From Octopus sinensis (lineage: Eukaryota), in assembly GCF_006345805.1 (NCBI RefSeq), contig NC_042997.1, forward strand, positions 135,160,001-135,224,000: a stretch of DNA of 64,000 bases, given 5' to 3'. Positions 1 to 12,565 of the stretch are shown piece after piece; position 1 is the stretch's first letter, and every line of letters begins with the position of its first letter. The position numbers and the translations under genes were made by a program. The notes beneath the pieces were generated by a model that was given only the letters and a program-made list of their open reading frames with translations, made no database searches and was not told the DNA's origin.

Positions 1-374
1 TCCACGTTGCAATCACATCAAAAATAAAGACAGAATGGTCACCGCTATAAGCTATTTTTTATTTAGATTCGTTCGAGTAGAACTGGATTGCATAATTCCT
101 GTTCTTACATAATAGCCGTTCTTTTGTTATTAATTTCTCAATAAGTATCACTTGCCGAACTGATCTGCTGCTTTATATAAAAGTTCGGAGTGGAGACTGT
201 CGCACAATTCACACGTCCTTGTTGCCGGAACTTATTGATACACTGAAGTATAAGTATTAATATCGTACTTCAAGGTGGAAAAGAAACAAATGCTTCAATG
301 TTCTTAATTGATATATCTAATAAATATATATTTAATAAAGATGAATTTCTTAATTGATATATTTAATTATCGAT

Positions 375-1400
375 AAAGTAATTCCAGCAATTTTGCAAAT
401 TGATCCAAACGCTGTAAACTTCTCTAGATTTCAAGGCAAAGAAACACACAATATCATTTTAATCTCTTCACAATTGATGAACTGTTTTCCCCTTCAATAT
501 AATATTGCAATGATCTGAATAGCTGATAGTCAGGTGGAGTAAAGTCATGATTAAATGAGGAAAAGGCAAAACTTTCATATTTAATGCTATAATCTTTTCC
601 TGGATGACATGACCAATTTGCTGTTTTGCAGTATTGTGTAATAACACCCCTCTACGATTGACCAATGATGTACGTTTTTTCGGTGAATTTTTGTACAGTG
701 CTTCTAATTTTGTACAATACTTCGCGTTTATCACTCTGTTTTGGTTTAACACTTTACGAGAGACAACACCCTTTTATCCAACCAAGGTCGGATCATAACT
801 ATTTCGGGGGTAGCCTAGTTTTGAGGATGTATTCTCCCTTGTCATTGGCTGATAACCAATAACCATTGTCATTTTCATTAGTTATGAGTATAGAGAAAGC
901 ACATTCCATCATTTGTGATGATAATACCAAATAAAGGTCTCTTGAAAGGTCACTTGAATGACTTGAATAAGACAACTCTTTGATAAAGTTGAGAAGATGG
1001 TGTAGGATACCCTGACGATATTTCGACACATTTCCTAGTACGTGAAAGTGTTTTAGGATAGAAATATAACTTGAATCGAGCTGCTTTGATAATTTTCGCC
1101 TAGTTTGCCTAGAATATTCCTCTACTATGGATTTACGGTTTTCAGAAACTAAATGAATACAGAACTTAGTCCAGATCAAAGTGAATCTTCGAGAGAAAAA
1201 TTTCCTGGACAAAACTGGTCAATCTATCATTGGTATGCGCAGACACTTAAAGTTTCAGTTCAAAAATCTCTTGCCAGTTCTATTTCTGAAGATCGACACT
1301 TAAATTCATATCGCATCCAGCATTTGAAATGAATCTGACCAAAATTCATTTTGAAAACACATATTCGATATGCATATAAACTTTTTGGTACAAGGCAACA
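375..1400 (-). mobile_element. Degenerate mariner (Tc1/mariner) transposase remnant
   Basis: Minus-strand fragments resemble mariner transposase: N-terminal 'IHFKCWMRYEFKCRSSEIELARDF', HTH 'SIVEEYSRQTRRKLSKQLDSSYISILKHFHVLG', and 'LVNRRGVLLHN..IGHVIQEKIIALNMKVLPFP' around the second catalytic Asp. Many frameshifts and stops; TIRs not resolved. Confidence 0.8.
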
Positions 1401-1719
1401 AAGAAAGAACAAAATCCACTGTAACATAAAACTTAATGGGTATTTTACCGTAAATATTGAAAAAAGTAACCCCTGAGTCATCATGTCAAAAAGCGACAGT
1501 ACTTGATTCAAAATTGATGTACAGAGTTGTAATAAATGGTTACTGGTCCTGCTATGGCTAGTCGGAAGAATAATGCATATATATATATATGTGTGTATGC
1601 GTGTGTGTGTGTTCTTACATCCATTCACATATACACACACATATACGCACACATTCACAAGCATGCACACACGCAAACACACATACGCGCACACACCAAC
1701 ACATATATATTTATATATA

Positions 1720-2730
1720 CTAGATCTTAGTCCTCCAATGCTGTTAGCACAACGGGTAACGAGGCATCTCCAAAAATCCCGATGGCTCGCTTTACAGTTA
1801 GTTCCACTGGGGCTGATTCCCATCGCTAACATGCGGTCTCGGAACGTACCGCACCACTTATTTCTTGGTCTCTCATTCGGTCTGTTTCTTTCTTCCGACA
1901 TCCACTTCATCCCAATGATTGAATGTCATTCCTGCGATATTCGAAGGACATGGCCAGGAAAGCTTATCACCAAATTCTGCAATTTTCCAATGGCAGCTAT
2001 TCTCATCACCTGTTCTTTTCTCACACTCACTTGGTAAGAGATACATACAACTGAACGTCAGTGTCGTTCGATCCCACCCAATCGAGAGATCTTCATTATC
2101 TTCTTCCAGATTTCAAAAGTGTAGGTGGATCTTGATATAACAATAGATGAGTTTAGTTGCAGCTTTATCTTCTTACTGATAGTCTTCGATTTCTATATTA
2201 GACGCAGGCGTTGGAATACTGACGTTGCATGACCTGTCCTGGCCTTAACTTCCAGCTTCTGCATCACACGCTTTGGAAATACAGCTTCTGAGATATGTAA
2301 AAATATCGGCGTACTTGATTTCGTTGTGTTCAAGATTGACAAAATTGTGCTCGGGCTCTCCAAATTGACATGACTTTGGTCTTTTCAGCGTTAATCCGCA
2401 GAGCGGCCCCAAAACCGTATAGGATATATGTCATGGCTTGCAGTATATCTCTGCTAAATACAAATCTGTCAGTTTTTCTGGTCCACACATTATTCCAAAA
2501 CTTGCTCTATCCATCTCTTTCCAAATATCCAAAATCAATCACTACCAGGAACAAAAACGGCGACATGATGCAACCCTGACTTACTCCGTTAGCAATTTTG
2601 AATATATCTGTGGTCCCGCTACTCGTATTCAAGAAACGCTGTAAGTTCATACATAGTGAATTAAAAACGTGGATACATCTTCTCGGGAACCCTTAGACTC
2701 TCACAATATTGCAGAGTTTATCTCGGTAAC
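1720..2730 (-). mobile_element. RTE-clade LINE remnant, RT and C-terminal region
   Basis: Minus-strand translation gives 'FKIANGVSQGCIMSPFLFLVVID', 'LTDLYLAE' (degenerate FADD), 'LRINAEKTKVM', 'IFTYLRSCIS' and the C-terminal 'RPNERPRNKWCGTFRDRMLAMGI...FWRCLVTRCAN'. Multiple stops. Confidence 0.85.
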
Positions 2731-2736
2731 ATTCGT

Positions 2737-2990
2737 GACATTTACGAGATGCGTTGGACAGGTCAAGGTCATATTATATCAGATGGATTTACCATCCTGT
2801 ATTCTGGCATGGAGGACCTGATAATTTGATCAATGAGACGACTGCAACATTATTGGGCTGGAAGCCAATATATGATTGAATTATCATAGCAAGATTTCAA
2901 ACTAGACACGGAAAAGTTACCGTGATTCTGGCGTATACACCAGCTGAAGCTGAAACTGCAGGTAAACAAAAGATAACTTCTATGACGACC
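2737..2990 (+). mobile_element. LINE apurinic-like endonuclease fragment, inverted relative to the adjacent RT remnant
   Basis: Plus strand reads 'YEMRWTGQGHIISDGFTILYSGMED' and 'LLGWKPIYD*IIIARFQTRHGKVTVILAYTP', typical RTE endonuclease motifs. Confidence 0.8.
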
Positions 2991-4060
2991 ATTTGCACTG
3001 TTTACATATACCACATTTCCTAACAAGGTAATTCATCAGCCCGTGGCTATATTGAAAGATATTTCCCAAGGTATTTGCATGTATACGTGTATGTCGGTGT
3101 GTATAACAGAAAGTGATACAATGTCAGATAAAGGGAGTAAGCAAGATTAGTTATACAAGTTGAGATACAGTAATTTAGAAAATACTGGATGGCCATAATA
3201 GTATATGAATAGTTATATAAGCAGCAAGAGAATGTGCGTTACTGAAATAAGAAAATCAATAAAAAAGCAGAGTAACTGAGGATGTATAAGGTAAACGGCC
3301 ATAAATAGAACTTATTATTGGTAGCTATTGATCAATAAAAACATTGTGATATTGACGGAGAAGAATGGTTTTAGTTGCATGCAAACTTTGTTTAATTAAA
3401 AGTGTGTAATCCCAAAAACCAACATTTAAAAAGAAAGGAAAAAACAGCTTCCAATTAAATGATGAGGTTCCGTTTGGAAAGGAGTAAAACTAAAGAACAT
3501 CCATTTCTGCAATGAAATCATATTATATAAAGCTTTAGTGAAAAGATACACGTTTTAATCTGACAAAGGAATGAGGAAAGACAAAATTAATAATTCTCAG
3601 TAAAGAATATATAAGAGAAACGCAGAAGATAAGAGAGAGAATGAAGAAGTAGAGGAAGTGGATACACGTACACAATTCTTAGACACCATACACCTATACA
3701 ACTTACTTGATCCTAAAGCCAATCCTTAAATCTCCCGTCACTCTATCTACCTCTCTTTCTCTTTATATTCTTTTCTTTCCTTTTACCACTCAATAGCCAC
3801 CTCCGCTACAATTCTGTTATTGAACGTTGATATGTTCGCGTCTCTTTTTCTATATCAGGATTTTAACCTATATGGATCTACGCAGGATTGCACCTAAGGA
3901 CTTATGCTCTTGTTTCTGCAACATCGGAAAGTTAATTTAAAAGCTCTTATGCTTCTTTTTTCTTCTTTCTCTCCGTCTCCTTATTTTTATATTCTCTTCC
4001 TCTATGTCGTCATCTCATTAATATATACCATTCTCATGTTCCCTATTTTTCCCCTATTTG

Positions 4061-4114
4061 TCTCTGATAACGGAATATCCGGTACCCGGGGATATCCCAG
4101 AAACGGCTGTAAGA
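4061..4114 (+). ncRNA. Degenerate type I hammerhead ribozyme motif (family C, stem III ACAGCUGU-like)
   Basis: tct-CTGATAA-cggaatatcc ggtacccg gggatatccca-GAAAC-ggct-GTA-aga. Stem I is tct/aga, stem II is atatcc/ggatat, and the cleavage triplet is GUA. G8 is mutated to A. Homologous to 37361-37432. Confidence 0.55.
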
Positions 4115-4339
4115 TTTTGAATTTTTTTCCAAAAACAATATTGTATACAACTTGAGATATTTGCCTTGCCTTAATATTTGTTGTCATCTTTAACAATAAT
4201 ATTTCCGTTGCATCGGAAATCTGCAATAGATCTATAACTACCGTCACGGTTATAACCTTGGACTCCTAGAAATCTGTTACAGCTCTTACCTAGCATACCT
4301 AATCGTTTAGATCACCTGTGAACTAAACCCCATACATTA

Positions 4340-4347
4340 TATATATA

Positions 4348-4400
<53 letters not shown>

Positions 4401-4565
4401 TATATATAGGGAGAGAGAGAGAGATAGATAGATATATATAGATATATATAGAATAACATAATATATATATGTGTGTGTGCATATACATATGAATATTTGT
4501 GCATGTATATATATATACAGATTCTTGCACACATATATAGCAAAGTGTGCGTATGTACGTATATC
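4340..4565. repeat. Compound (TA)n/(GA)n/(TG)n microsatellite
   Basis: Direct inspection; produces the spurious YI/IY-rich ORFs in the track. Confidence 0.95.
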
Positions 4566-5303
4566 CCTCCACATCTCAATACTACACTATTTGTATATCG
4601 TCAGTCATAATATTTTCTTTTTTATATAATTTCAATTTCAGTTAAGTATCATACGACGTTTATTTTTAGTCTAATATATGCCTTACGCTTGCATTGAACG
4701 TATGAATGTTGTCACCTATTTTTATGGAGTAGTAGGTACACTAAAACTTTTTATGTACGTAATGCTCTGAACTATTGAGAAAAACCTAGTTTTGTTCATA
4801 AAAAAAAAACATTGGCTTCGTTAGATTTATATATTTCTTTTGCAAATTTCTTGATGTGAAATCGTGGAGGCACGCGCGATGGAGAATCGCTGAAGAGGTC
4901 GCAGAATGTGTGACGAAATATTTCAGACAATGGTGACGAAACTAAGAACAATAAAAATATGCATATAGTGCATGTGTCTATTTAGAGAAAATATTGACCA
5001 TCCCGTTGACTTTTATATGAGAAATGGCATGTAGCAGGTTGTAGCATTTTTTGTTGGAAGTTTGCTACTCTCCTTCACGTCAGCCAAATGACATCTTTGA
5101 GATAGACGACTTTTCCGAAGACAACATTCGAAGGAGGAATACAATTTGAAACTACCTCTTACATAGTGACATTTCTATTTGTTATACTTAACAGAAAAAG
5201 GAAATGAGGAATTTTTTCAAAAGAGTGGTCCTGACTTTTAATATAAAGATAGCAATTTCTAATTCAATGGTATAGATTGTGCCAAGATCACCATTAGAGG
5301 GCA

Positions 5304-5361
<58 letters not shown>

Positions 5362-5380
5362 CTATCTATCTATCTATCTA

Positions 5381-5417
<37 letters not shown>

Positions 5418-5540
5418 CTAGCTAGCTAGCTATATATATATAACGGGAAGCTTTATGAAAATAGACAAAAGACGAAGGCAGGTGGAAAACAAACAAACAA
5501 TTGTATTAGTATGGCGCTCAGGAAATATAAATAAAACAAG

Positions 5541-5578
5541 TCTTTAACGTTTCGAGCCTACGCTCTTCAACAGAAAGA
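5541..5578 (-). ncRNA. Minimal type I hammerhead ribozyme in PLE pLTR (family A, core CUGUUGA)
   Basis: Minus strand: UCUUU-CUGUUGA-A-GAGC(guag)GCUC-GAAAC-GUU-AAAGA. Perfect 5-bp stem I, 4-bp stem II, palindromic ACGU stem III, in the sense orientation of the PLE. Confidence 0.75.
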
Positions 5579-5746
5579 TACACAGAGAGAAAAAGAACAC
5601 AGAAAGAAGGAGAGAAAAAAATGCGTGCAGTAACTAACGAATCAACATGGCGATCTGATTTCGGCCAGAGGTCAAAGATCAAACATGAGACGCGAGAGCA
5701 AAATAAGGGGAGATAATAGGGTTGATAATAGGGTTGAATGACCAGC

Positions 5747-6100
5747 TATTAGTGCGTAGGAGGGGTCTGGACGTGTGTATGTATAGGGTTGGTGTATGTA
5801 TTAGTATGTATTAGTATGTATAAGGGTGTGTGTGTGTGTGTGTGTGTGTGTATGAGAGAGTATTAGTGCGTAGGATAGGTCTGGACGTGCGTATGTATGG
5901 GGTTGGTGTATGTATTAGTATGTATTAGTATGTATTAGTACGTATTAGTATGTATAAGTGTGTGTGTGTGTATGAGAGAGTATAAGTGCGTATGAGGGGT
6001 CTGGACGTGTGTATGTATAGGGTTGGTGTATGTATTAGTATGTATTAGCATGTATTAGTACGTATTAGTATGTATTAGTTGGTGTATGTATTAGTATGGC
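5747..6100. repeat. Three ~115-120-bp tandem units with internal (TAGTATGTAT)n and (TG)n, in the PLE 3' UTR
   Basis: Units start 'ta(t)tagtgcgta(g/t)ga.gggtctggacgtg' at ~5747, ~5861 and ~5981. Confidence 0.85.
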
Positions 6101-6134
6101 ACATCATATATGATGTGATGTGTAAAGTCGTGTG

Positions 6135-6480
6135 GTGTAGTGAGGAGAAGTGGGAGAGGGGAGAAGAGAGGGGAGAAGGGGAGGGGAAGAAGAGGGGTAG
6201 GAGAGGGGGGACGAGGGGGGAAGAGGAGAGGAGGGGGAGAGAGAGGAGGGGGAGAAGGAAGGGGAGGAGGAGGGGGAGGAATGAGGAAAGAGGGAGAGGG
6301 GGAGAGAGAAGGGGATTGAGGGAGCAGAGGGAATGGGAAGAGGGAAGGAGGGAGGGAGAAAGAGGGAAGAATGGAAGGGGAGTAGGGGAGTAGGGGTGAA
6401 AGGATGAAGGACTGAAGAAGTAGGGGTCAGGGGGAAGGATAGGTGAGGAGGGGGGAGAGGGGGGTTAGATGAGGAGGGGG
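6135..6480. repeat. Polypurine (G/A) low-complexity tract
   Basis: About 350 bp almost exclusively G/A on the + strand; source of the spurious ORFs 6079-6393 and 6104-6496. Confidence 0.9.
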
Positions 6481-7803
6481 AGATAGTTGAGACCAAATGG
6501 CGTATAAGAGCGAAGAGAGAAGATTAATTCCTGTTCACGGCGCAAACGGGAATCCGGATGGCCTCTGTGTAAGGACAAACCGAACACAGATAGGTGTTGC
6601 AAGGAGTGACCGGTGGAGCGGAAATGGCGTGAGACCGGTGTGTCATTCGCAAGGTGGATGTCACGAAGGTGTTCCGCGAACCGGTCAGCCAAGCGGCGTC
6701 CCGTTTGTCCGATGTACAAGGAATTGCAGAGAGAGCAAGAGACGCAATAGATAATATTGCTGGAGGTGCAGGTGAAGGAGTGGATGATGGGATAGGGTCG
6801 ATGGTGGGTGCTAGTGAGGCGGGTGGTGTTGGAGAGGTAAGGGCAAGTGCGGCAACGTGGGCGGGAGCAGGGGAACGAGCCGGGTTGGGAGGTAGGGTCA
6901 GGGAAGGAGCTATGGACCAAAAGGTCTCGAAGGTTGTGGGCTCGTTTGAAAGAGGGGTGGGGTCGGTTAGGGAAGAGGTGTGAAGTGGACGGGTCGGACT
7001 GGAGATGACGGAAAGCTCGAAGAATGGTGCGTTGGAGACGTAGGGTCGTGGGGTGGTAAGTAAGGGGAAAAGGGAGGCGGGAGACTACAGGGCGGGTTCG
7101 GGGAGAGAGAGCAGATACACGGTCCACGGACCGTGCTCTGGCAAGGGCGGTGTGGATAGTGGTGAGGGGGTATCCACGTAGGGTGAAGTGGTGAGCCATA
7201 CGTTGAGACTGAGTCTCAAAGTCATGGTCGTCACTACAGAGCCTACGTAGACGGAGGAATTGGGAATAGGGGATGGAAAGCTTGGTGTGTTCTGGGTGGG
7301 AGGAAGAGAAGTTGAGGTATGAGTGTGAGTCTGTGTGTTTGTAGTGAATGGAGGTGGTAAGAGTGGAGTGAAGAATGCTAACCGAAATGACGAGGAAGGA
7401 GACAGAGGTGTTGGAGATAGTGGAAGTGAAGTGGAGGGCTGGATTGAAAGATTGGACGAAAGAGAGGAAGGAATCTAGATGATCACGGGAGAGTGAGGTG
7501 GCACCGATAATGTCGTCAATGTAACGACCATATAGTTCAGGAGTGGGACCAGTGAAATTAGAGAATATTTGGGCCTCAACATAGCCAACGAACAGGTTCG
7601 CATAGTTGGGGCCCATTCGCGTTCCCATGGCCACTCCCGAGACCTGATGGTAGAACTCGCCCGCGAACGAGAAGCAGTTCAGAGTAAGGACAAGTTCGGC
7701 CAGACGAATGAGTGTGGAGGTGTCAGGTACAGGGTTAGAGCGGAGGTCAAGAAAGTGTCGAAGGGCCTGCAGTCCTTCGTGGTGAGGGATAACAGTATAG
7801 AGG

Positions 7804-7805
<2 letters not shown>
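6465..7805 (-). CDS. PLE reverse transcriptase + GIY-YIG endonuclease, 5'-truncated, 447 codons without stop or frameshift
   Basis: The frame is open upstream of the track's GTG start: 'SLYTVIPHHEGLQALRHFL...FYHQVSGVAMGTRMGPNYANLFVGY...RYIDD'. It continues to 'GSFPCSRPRCRTC' and 'NIIYCVSCSLCNSLYIGQTGRRLADRFAEH...RLRREQELI'. Confidence 0.93.
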
Positions 7806-7858
<53 letters not shown>

Positions 7859-8574
7859 TTGGTAAAATAGAAAGATGAATAATCTTGTTGCAGATTAATC
7901 AAAAGTTTAACCGATACCTTGGTAGCAAAAATCACAGCAGAAGAAAGCACGGTTGGAGATAAAACCATTTGGTGTTGCAACCGTGCGTTGGTGCGGATAA
8001 TTGAATTTTAATATTATTAGTGAATTGAAGAAATGGAGTTGAACGAAGATTGAACAGAATTCCTTTTATTGCATTCTACACATGTTTCAAAAGCCACAAT
8101 CTTCCAAATTCTGATTAAATAAGGATCCCATATTGTGGCTTTCTCTTCAGGAAAAAAATAGGAATTCCGTTGGCAGAACAAAACAGAACAGAGGCGCAGC
8201 AAAGTAATTTGAACGAGGAGGCTCTTTAAGAGCCCATGGCTGAACTGATTATCAATGTACGTTGAAATCGGGTGGTGGGTGCGTTGAAGATATTTACAGG
8301 TCAGGCGGCGGTCAAATCCAGTAGGTGAGAGCAAGGGGTGTGGAGATGTTCTGTGTGACCAAAACTAAAATTCTGAATATTTTAAGAATACTGGGTATAT
8401 TTTTGGGGGGCGAGACAAAAACTACCTAGAAGCATGTAGCTTCTAGTCGAAAGACACCCGTCGTTAGTGTCCTGTTGTTTGTATTTCTGCGACCATATCA
8501 CCCCTAACGTTTGGCCACCTCGGAAAGTCTGACATAGTTTGAGGCAAGTCCGGCTGGTTTCCTTAAATGCTTTC

Positions 8575-8720
8575 TAAGGCAGGGTTAGCGTAGTGTTCAT
8601 CACTTTGAGTCAGAGAAAATGAGACAATCCATGAGTGGAAACAGCCCTCTTCACCTGCTCCGAAGAAGGTCATGGACAATTCTTTTCCAAGGAAGGCGAG
8701 TGTTGTGTGTCTAGTTTTGG
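8575..8720 (+). mobile_element. Short mariner transposase fragment
   Basis: 'VHHFESEKMRQSM/EWKQPSSPAPKKV' matches the WVHHF.PE.K.QS.EW....SP.PKK motif region. Confidence 0.65.
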
Positions 8721-9019
8721 AAATTGTGTTTTGTATGCGACAGACTACGCTGATGAGCCTGCAGATATGTACATTTATAAATATTAACAAGCGAAACAAT
8801 TGGTATGTAAGTAATCGTTTTTTATTTCGTATATTTTCATTTGTCTTGCTCATTTTTACATTCTGGCGTTTTGCTAAATTTTTTCTTGAGAACACTCTCT
8901 TCGTCGTAAGGCGATTTGACGTCTATATTTAGCATATTAGGAGTCCACTGTGGTGGTCATTCCTCTTGATTTTGTATATATATTATATATATATATACAT
9001 ACATGTGTGTGTGTGTGTA

Positions 9020-9265
9020 GTGGTGACGCATGGTTTAGTGGTTAGGGTGTTGAACTCAAGATCGCAAGATTGTGACTTCGATTCCTGGACCGCAAAACAC
9101 GTTATGTTTTTGAGCAAAACACTTCATTTCACTTTGCTCCAGTCCACTCAGCTGGCAAAAATGAGTAATCCTGCGACGAAGCGACGTCCCGTCCAGGAAT
9201 ACATGCTCCATTGAAACCGGGAAACTGGCCCTCATTAACCTGGCATGGCTCGAGAAGGAAGCATT
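9020..9265 (+). mobile_element. tRNA-derived SINE (family 1)
   Basis: A-box TGGTTTAGTGG (9031-9041) and B-box-like ACTTCGATTCC (9075-9085); 3' part shared with 12973-13272. Confidence 0.8.
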
Positions 9266-11637
9266 TAATTTATTTTTTTATATATATATAATTATATCTA
9301 CACGTGTGTGTGTAAGCAAGTTGTATGTCTTAAATCGATATGATGATAGAGTTAACTAATTTTTTTTTTCATAATATTTCATTGATTAATTTGAAAAAAG
9401 GCTGTAACTAGCTATATCATGGTACTTATAGTTGACCAAACTGCTCTCGTTCATGTCACGATACATCTAACATAATAACCGTATTATTTTATAAATATGC
9501 TCCTTTGTTTATTTTCATTAATAATCTCTTAGAATACTATTATTATGCCAGCTGCGAGATGGATCTCAATCTTAATGGAGGAAACAGATTCTTCCTAGTC
9601 TATCGTCATAACTATAAAATATTTGCTTTGTATTTGAACAAACAAAACCCGCAAATTAGGCGGCCATTATAATAAACATATTCTTTAATGCTACTCTAAA
9701 ATAACAAGTATGTTGTTTTAAGTCATCAATATATCGATTTAACTGCTTAAAGATATTCTTTATATGTTCATGTGTATCATATATTTTATTCTGTTGGGGT
9801 TTTTGTTAAGATACTGACGTGGCCTTTATCTATTAATTACATTTCACAGATTTCTTTTCTAAGTCCTAAAACCGTTCAATCTAACAATTGTAGAAAATGA
9901 TTTGTTGTGTTGATTTTTATTTTATAAATTTCTAGAATTTTCGTTAATGTGGTGTGTGTGTGCGGCATGTATTTTAACAGAATACAAATCGGTGTGTTAT
10001 CTTTGCGTCTGGAGAATGTATCATATTATCAAACAGCAATTATGACCAGCTCCACTTTAGAAGGGGAAATACTCAATTTTCCATAATTGTTATTCAAATA
10101 TATGTTACTGGCCACTGCGAGTTATTCTGAGTAGTTCATTTTTCTTTAACTTAAGCAAATTGGCTGGGACTCTAATGTCATCTGCTCTGTTTTGTATAAG
10201 TTAATGTCCTTTGGCTGCTGGAGATTAGGTAGAAAATTTTAGTACTGATGAAGGTTACTGAACCAGTAACACGACTGTTCTCTTATTTCCACACAATAAA
10301 TCTATCTCTAGACAATAAACACGACTGTTATCTTATCTCCAGACAATAAACCATAATGAGATATCAATTTTAGAGAATTCTTAAATATTGAAATTATCTT
10401 CCCCTCTTAAGTGAATCATGTCATAATTGACTTTTGGTAATCATGATACATCCCATAGAAGCAGAGTTCATATTCATAAATCAAGAATTTTTGCTGCAAG
10501 ATATTTAACGTACCTGGTTTTGTCTATAATGTTCTTTTACATGCCGCTGGTCATTTCGAGTAATTTCTCTTAGATCATTTTTGTTTGAATTATGCACACA
10601 AACATGCATATGCTGACCAGCCACTTGAAAGTAGATATGACTTAGCAGAATGCACAAAGTGCTGGGAATTTGTTTTAGTTAGGGATGTAGTGTTTCCAAG
10701 TGTTGTCCTTTGGAATTATTAAAATAATTAATGACTTTTCTTTAACTTTGCTAGAGAGTAAGTGCGGTATGAATTACAAGTCGAGATGTGAGTTTGTTTG
10801 TGTGTGCGTATATGTGTTTTGTGATCAGAGTTTGTTTAATATTAAATTTGTGGGTTTAGTATGTTTATATTTGTAATGAGCTGAAGATCACTGTGGTGTG
10901 AAACTTGTATCCTGAGATAAACATCCAATTTCATGAAAATATATGTGGGTGGAGCGTACGCGTAGGCAGACCGGCAGACCGGCCGAGAGACAGAGAAATG
11001 AATCAATGACATTGTGTATGATATATATTTACACGAAGAGTTGCATAATACACAGAGGCACAAATCAAAGCAACGCTTCAAGATAACGTTACTGAAAAGA
11101 AAAATTACATCGGTTTATGCGAAAGCAACTTATATGTAACTAAAAGATCGCATGTCATTTTTAGATCCGAGAATTTCACCACACTACTTACTTCCAGGTC
11201 CGAATTTGTCAGCAAATGCAAGCATATGGACAAATTTCTTTACACGAACTAGATATCACCCTCTGGCAGACTTTGGACTACTCTCTGTTGAATTATCCTA
11301 CAACAACTGGTATAATTATGACATCTACGGTCAAAGGAGACAAGACATAAAAATTCAATTTTACTTTCCTTTTTTATTCATGTTTATTTCACTCTTTGTC
11401 GTCTCATTCTACATTTTGCATTAATTTTATTCTCAGTTTTTGTCGTTGTTTGTCATGTACACAGCGTCCTGATTTTCAAGTAGAACAAATCGTGCTCAGA
11501 GTTTGATGATTGCTCAGCAACAACACCCACATGTTATAGAAACCTGCGTAACGATATGCTTTAATGGCAAGAAAATTTTAGTACGTCTTATTTTAATAGA
11601 GTGCACATAAAATTATATACGTACATACATACATATA

Positions 11638-11684
<47 letters not shown>

Positions 11685-11826
11685 CGCACATATGGTTTAT
11701 GTTGAACGAATTAGAGGTGAGTAACCAATCTCAATACATGCTTAAGTGACGCGAAACTCGACGTGTGAGACAATTTCTGCTTCAGAAACTTATACATATG
11801 TACATATTTCTCAATAATGTACCAAT

Positions 11827-11931
<105 letters not shown>

Positions 11932-12565
11932 GTATATATACATACATACACACACATACACACATATGCATACATACACATACATACATACATACATGCA
12001 TACATGCATACATATACACACACACACGCACATATATACATACATGCATACAGAGGCAGACAGACAGACAAACATTCTGGCAACCAGAGGGAGAGAGATA
12101 CATATGTTGAGTGTGACATAGTTGCAATGTAGTTTTGGTTTTTCAATTGTGATTATTAAAAAAAAATTGAACGAAAGTTAATTTAGGTCCTATGACATTT
12201 ATGCTCCACCTTATTTATGTTTATCTTTTGACATTTTCCCCACATGTATGCATAATAACTACCTTACCATTTTGTTACAAATTGATTTTCGTCCCAATGA
12301 TTTAAACTTAAACATTTCTTTATCAGTAATATGTGGTATTCATTATCATATAAATAGTTCAGAATCTATATGTGGATGAGACAACCACATTTAGATAGCA
12401 ATCCAGGATAATGCCAGCTGTTGACCGTATATCCACCTGAATGAGATACGTGTCACGTTTAACTTTAAGAAGTTAGGTTATAGATTATTTTCGCTGTTTC
12501 TCCTTTATACCCAGTCTTCTGTCTATATCTGTTCCTTTGGCTACTTCTGATAGATAACTTTTCTG

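Larger units (their letters stand above)
5443..7805 (-). mobile_element. Penelope-like element (PLE, probably Neptune-type), 5'-truncated, with 3' UTR and pLTR
   Basis: RT + GIY-YIG ORF (7805-6465), a CT-rich and tandem-repeat 3' UTR, and a terminal segment shared with 61793-62025 that carries a hammerhead motif. Both ends abut (TA)n tracts. Confidence 0.92.

Noticed and set aside
10245-10280. CTGATGAA-GGTTACTG(aac)CAGTAAC hammerhead-like half
   Set aside because: No GAAA, stem III or stem I partner follows; at most a decayed relic.
11152-11424. ORF containing 'LADFGL', resembling a kinase DFG motif or a GPCR first exon
   Set aside because: No other kinase motifs, no signal peptide, and no convincing phase-compatible donor.
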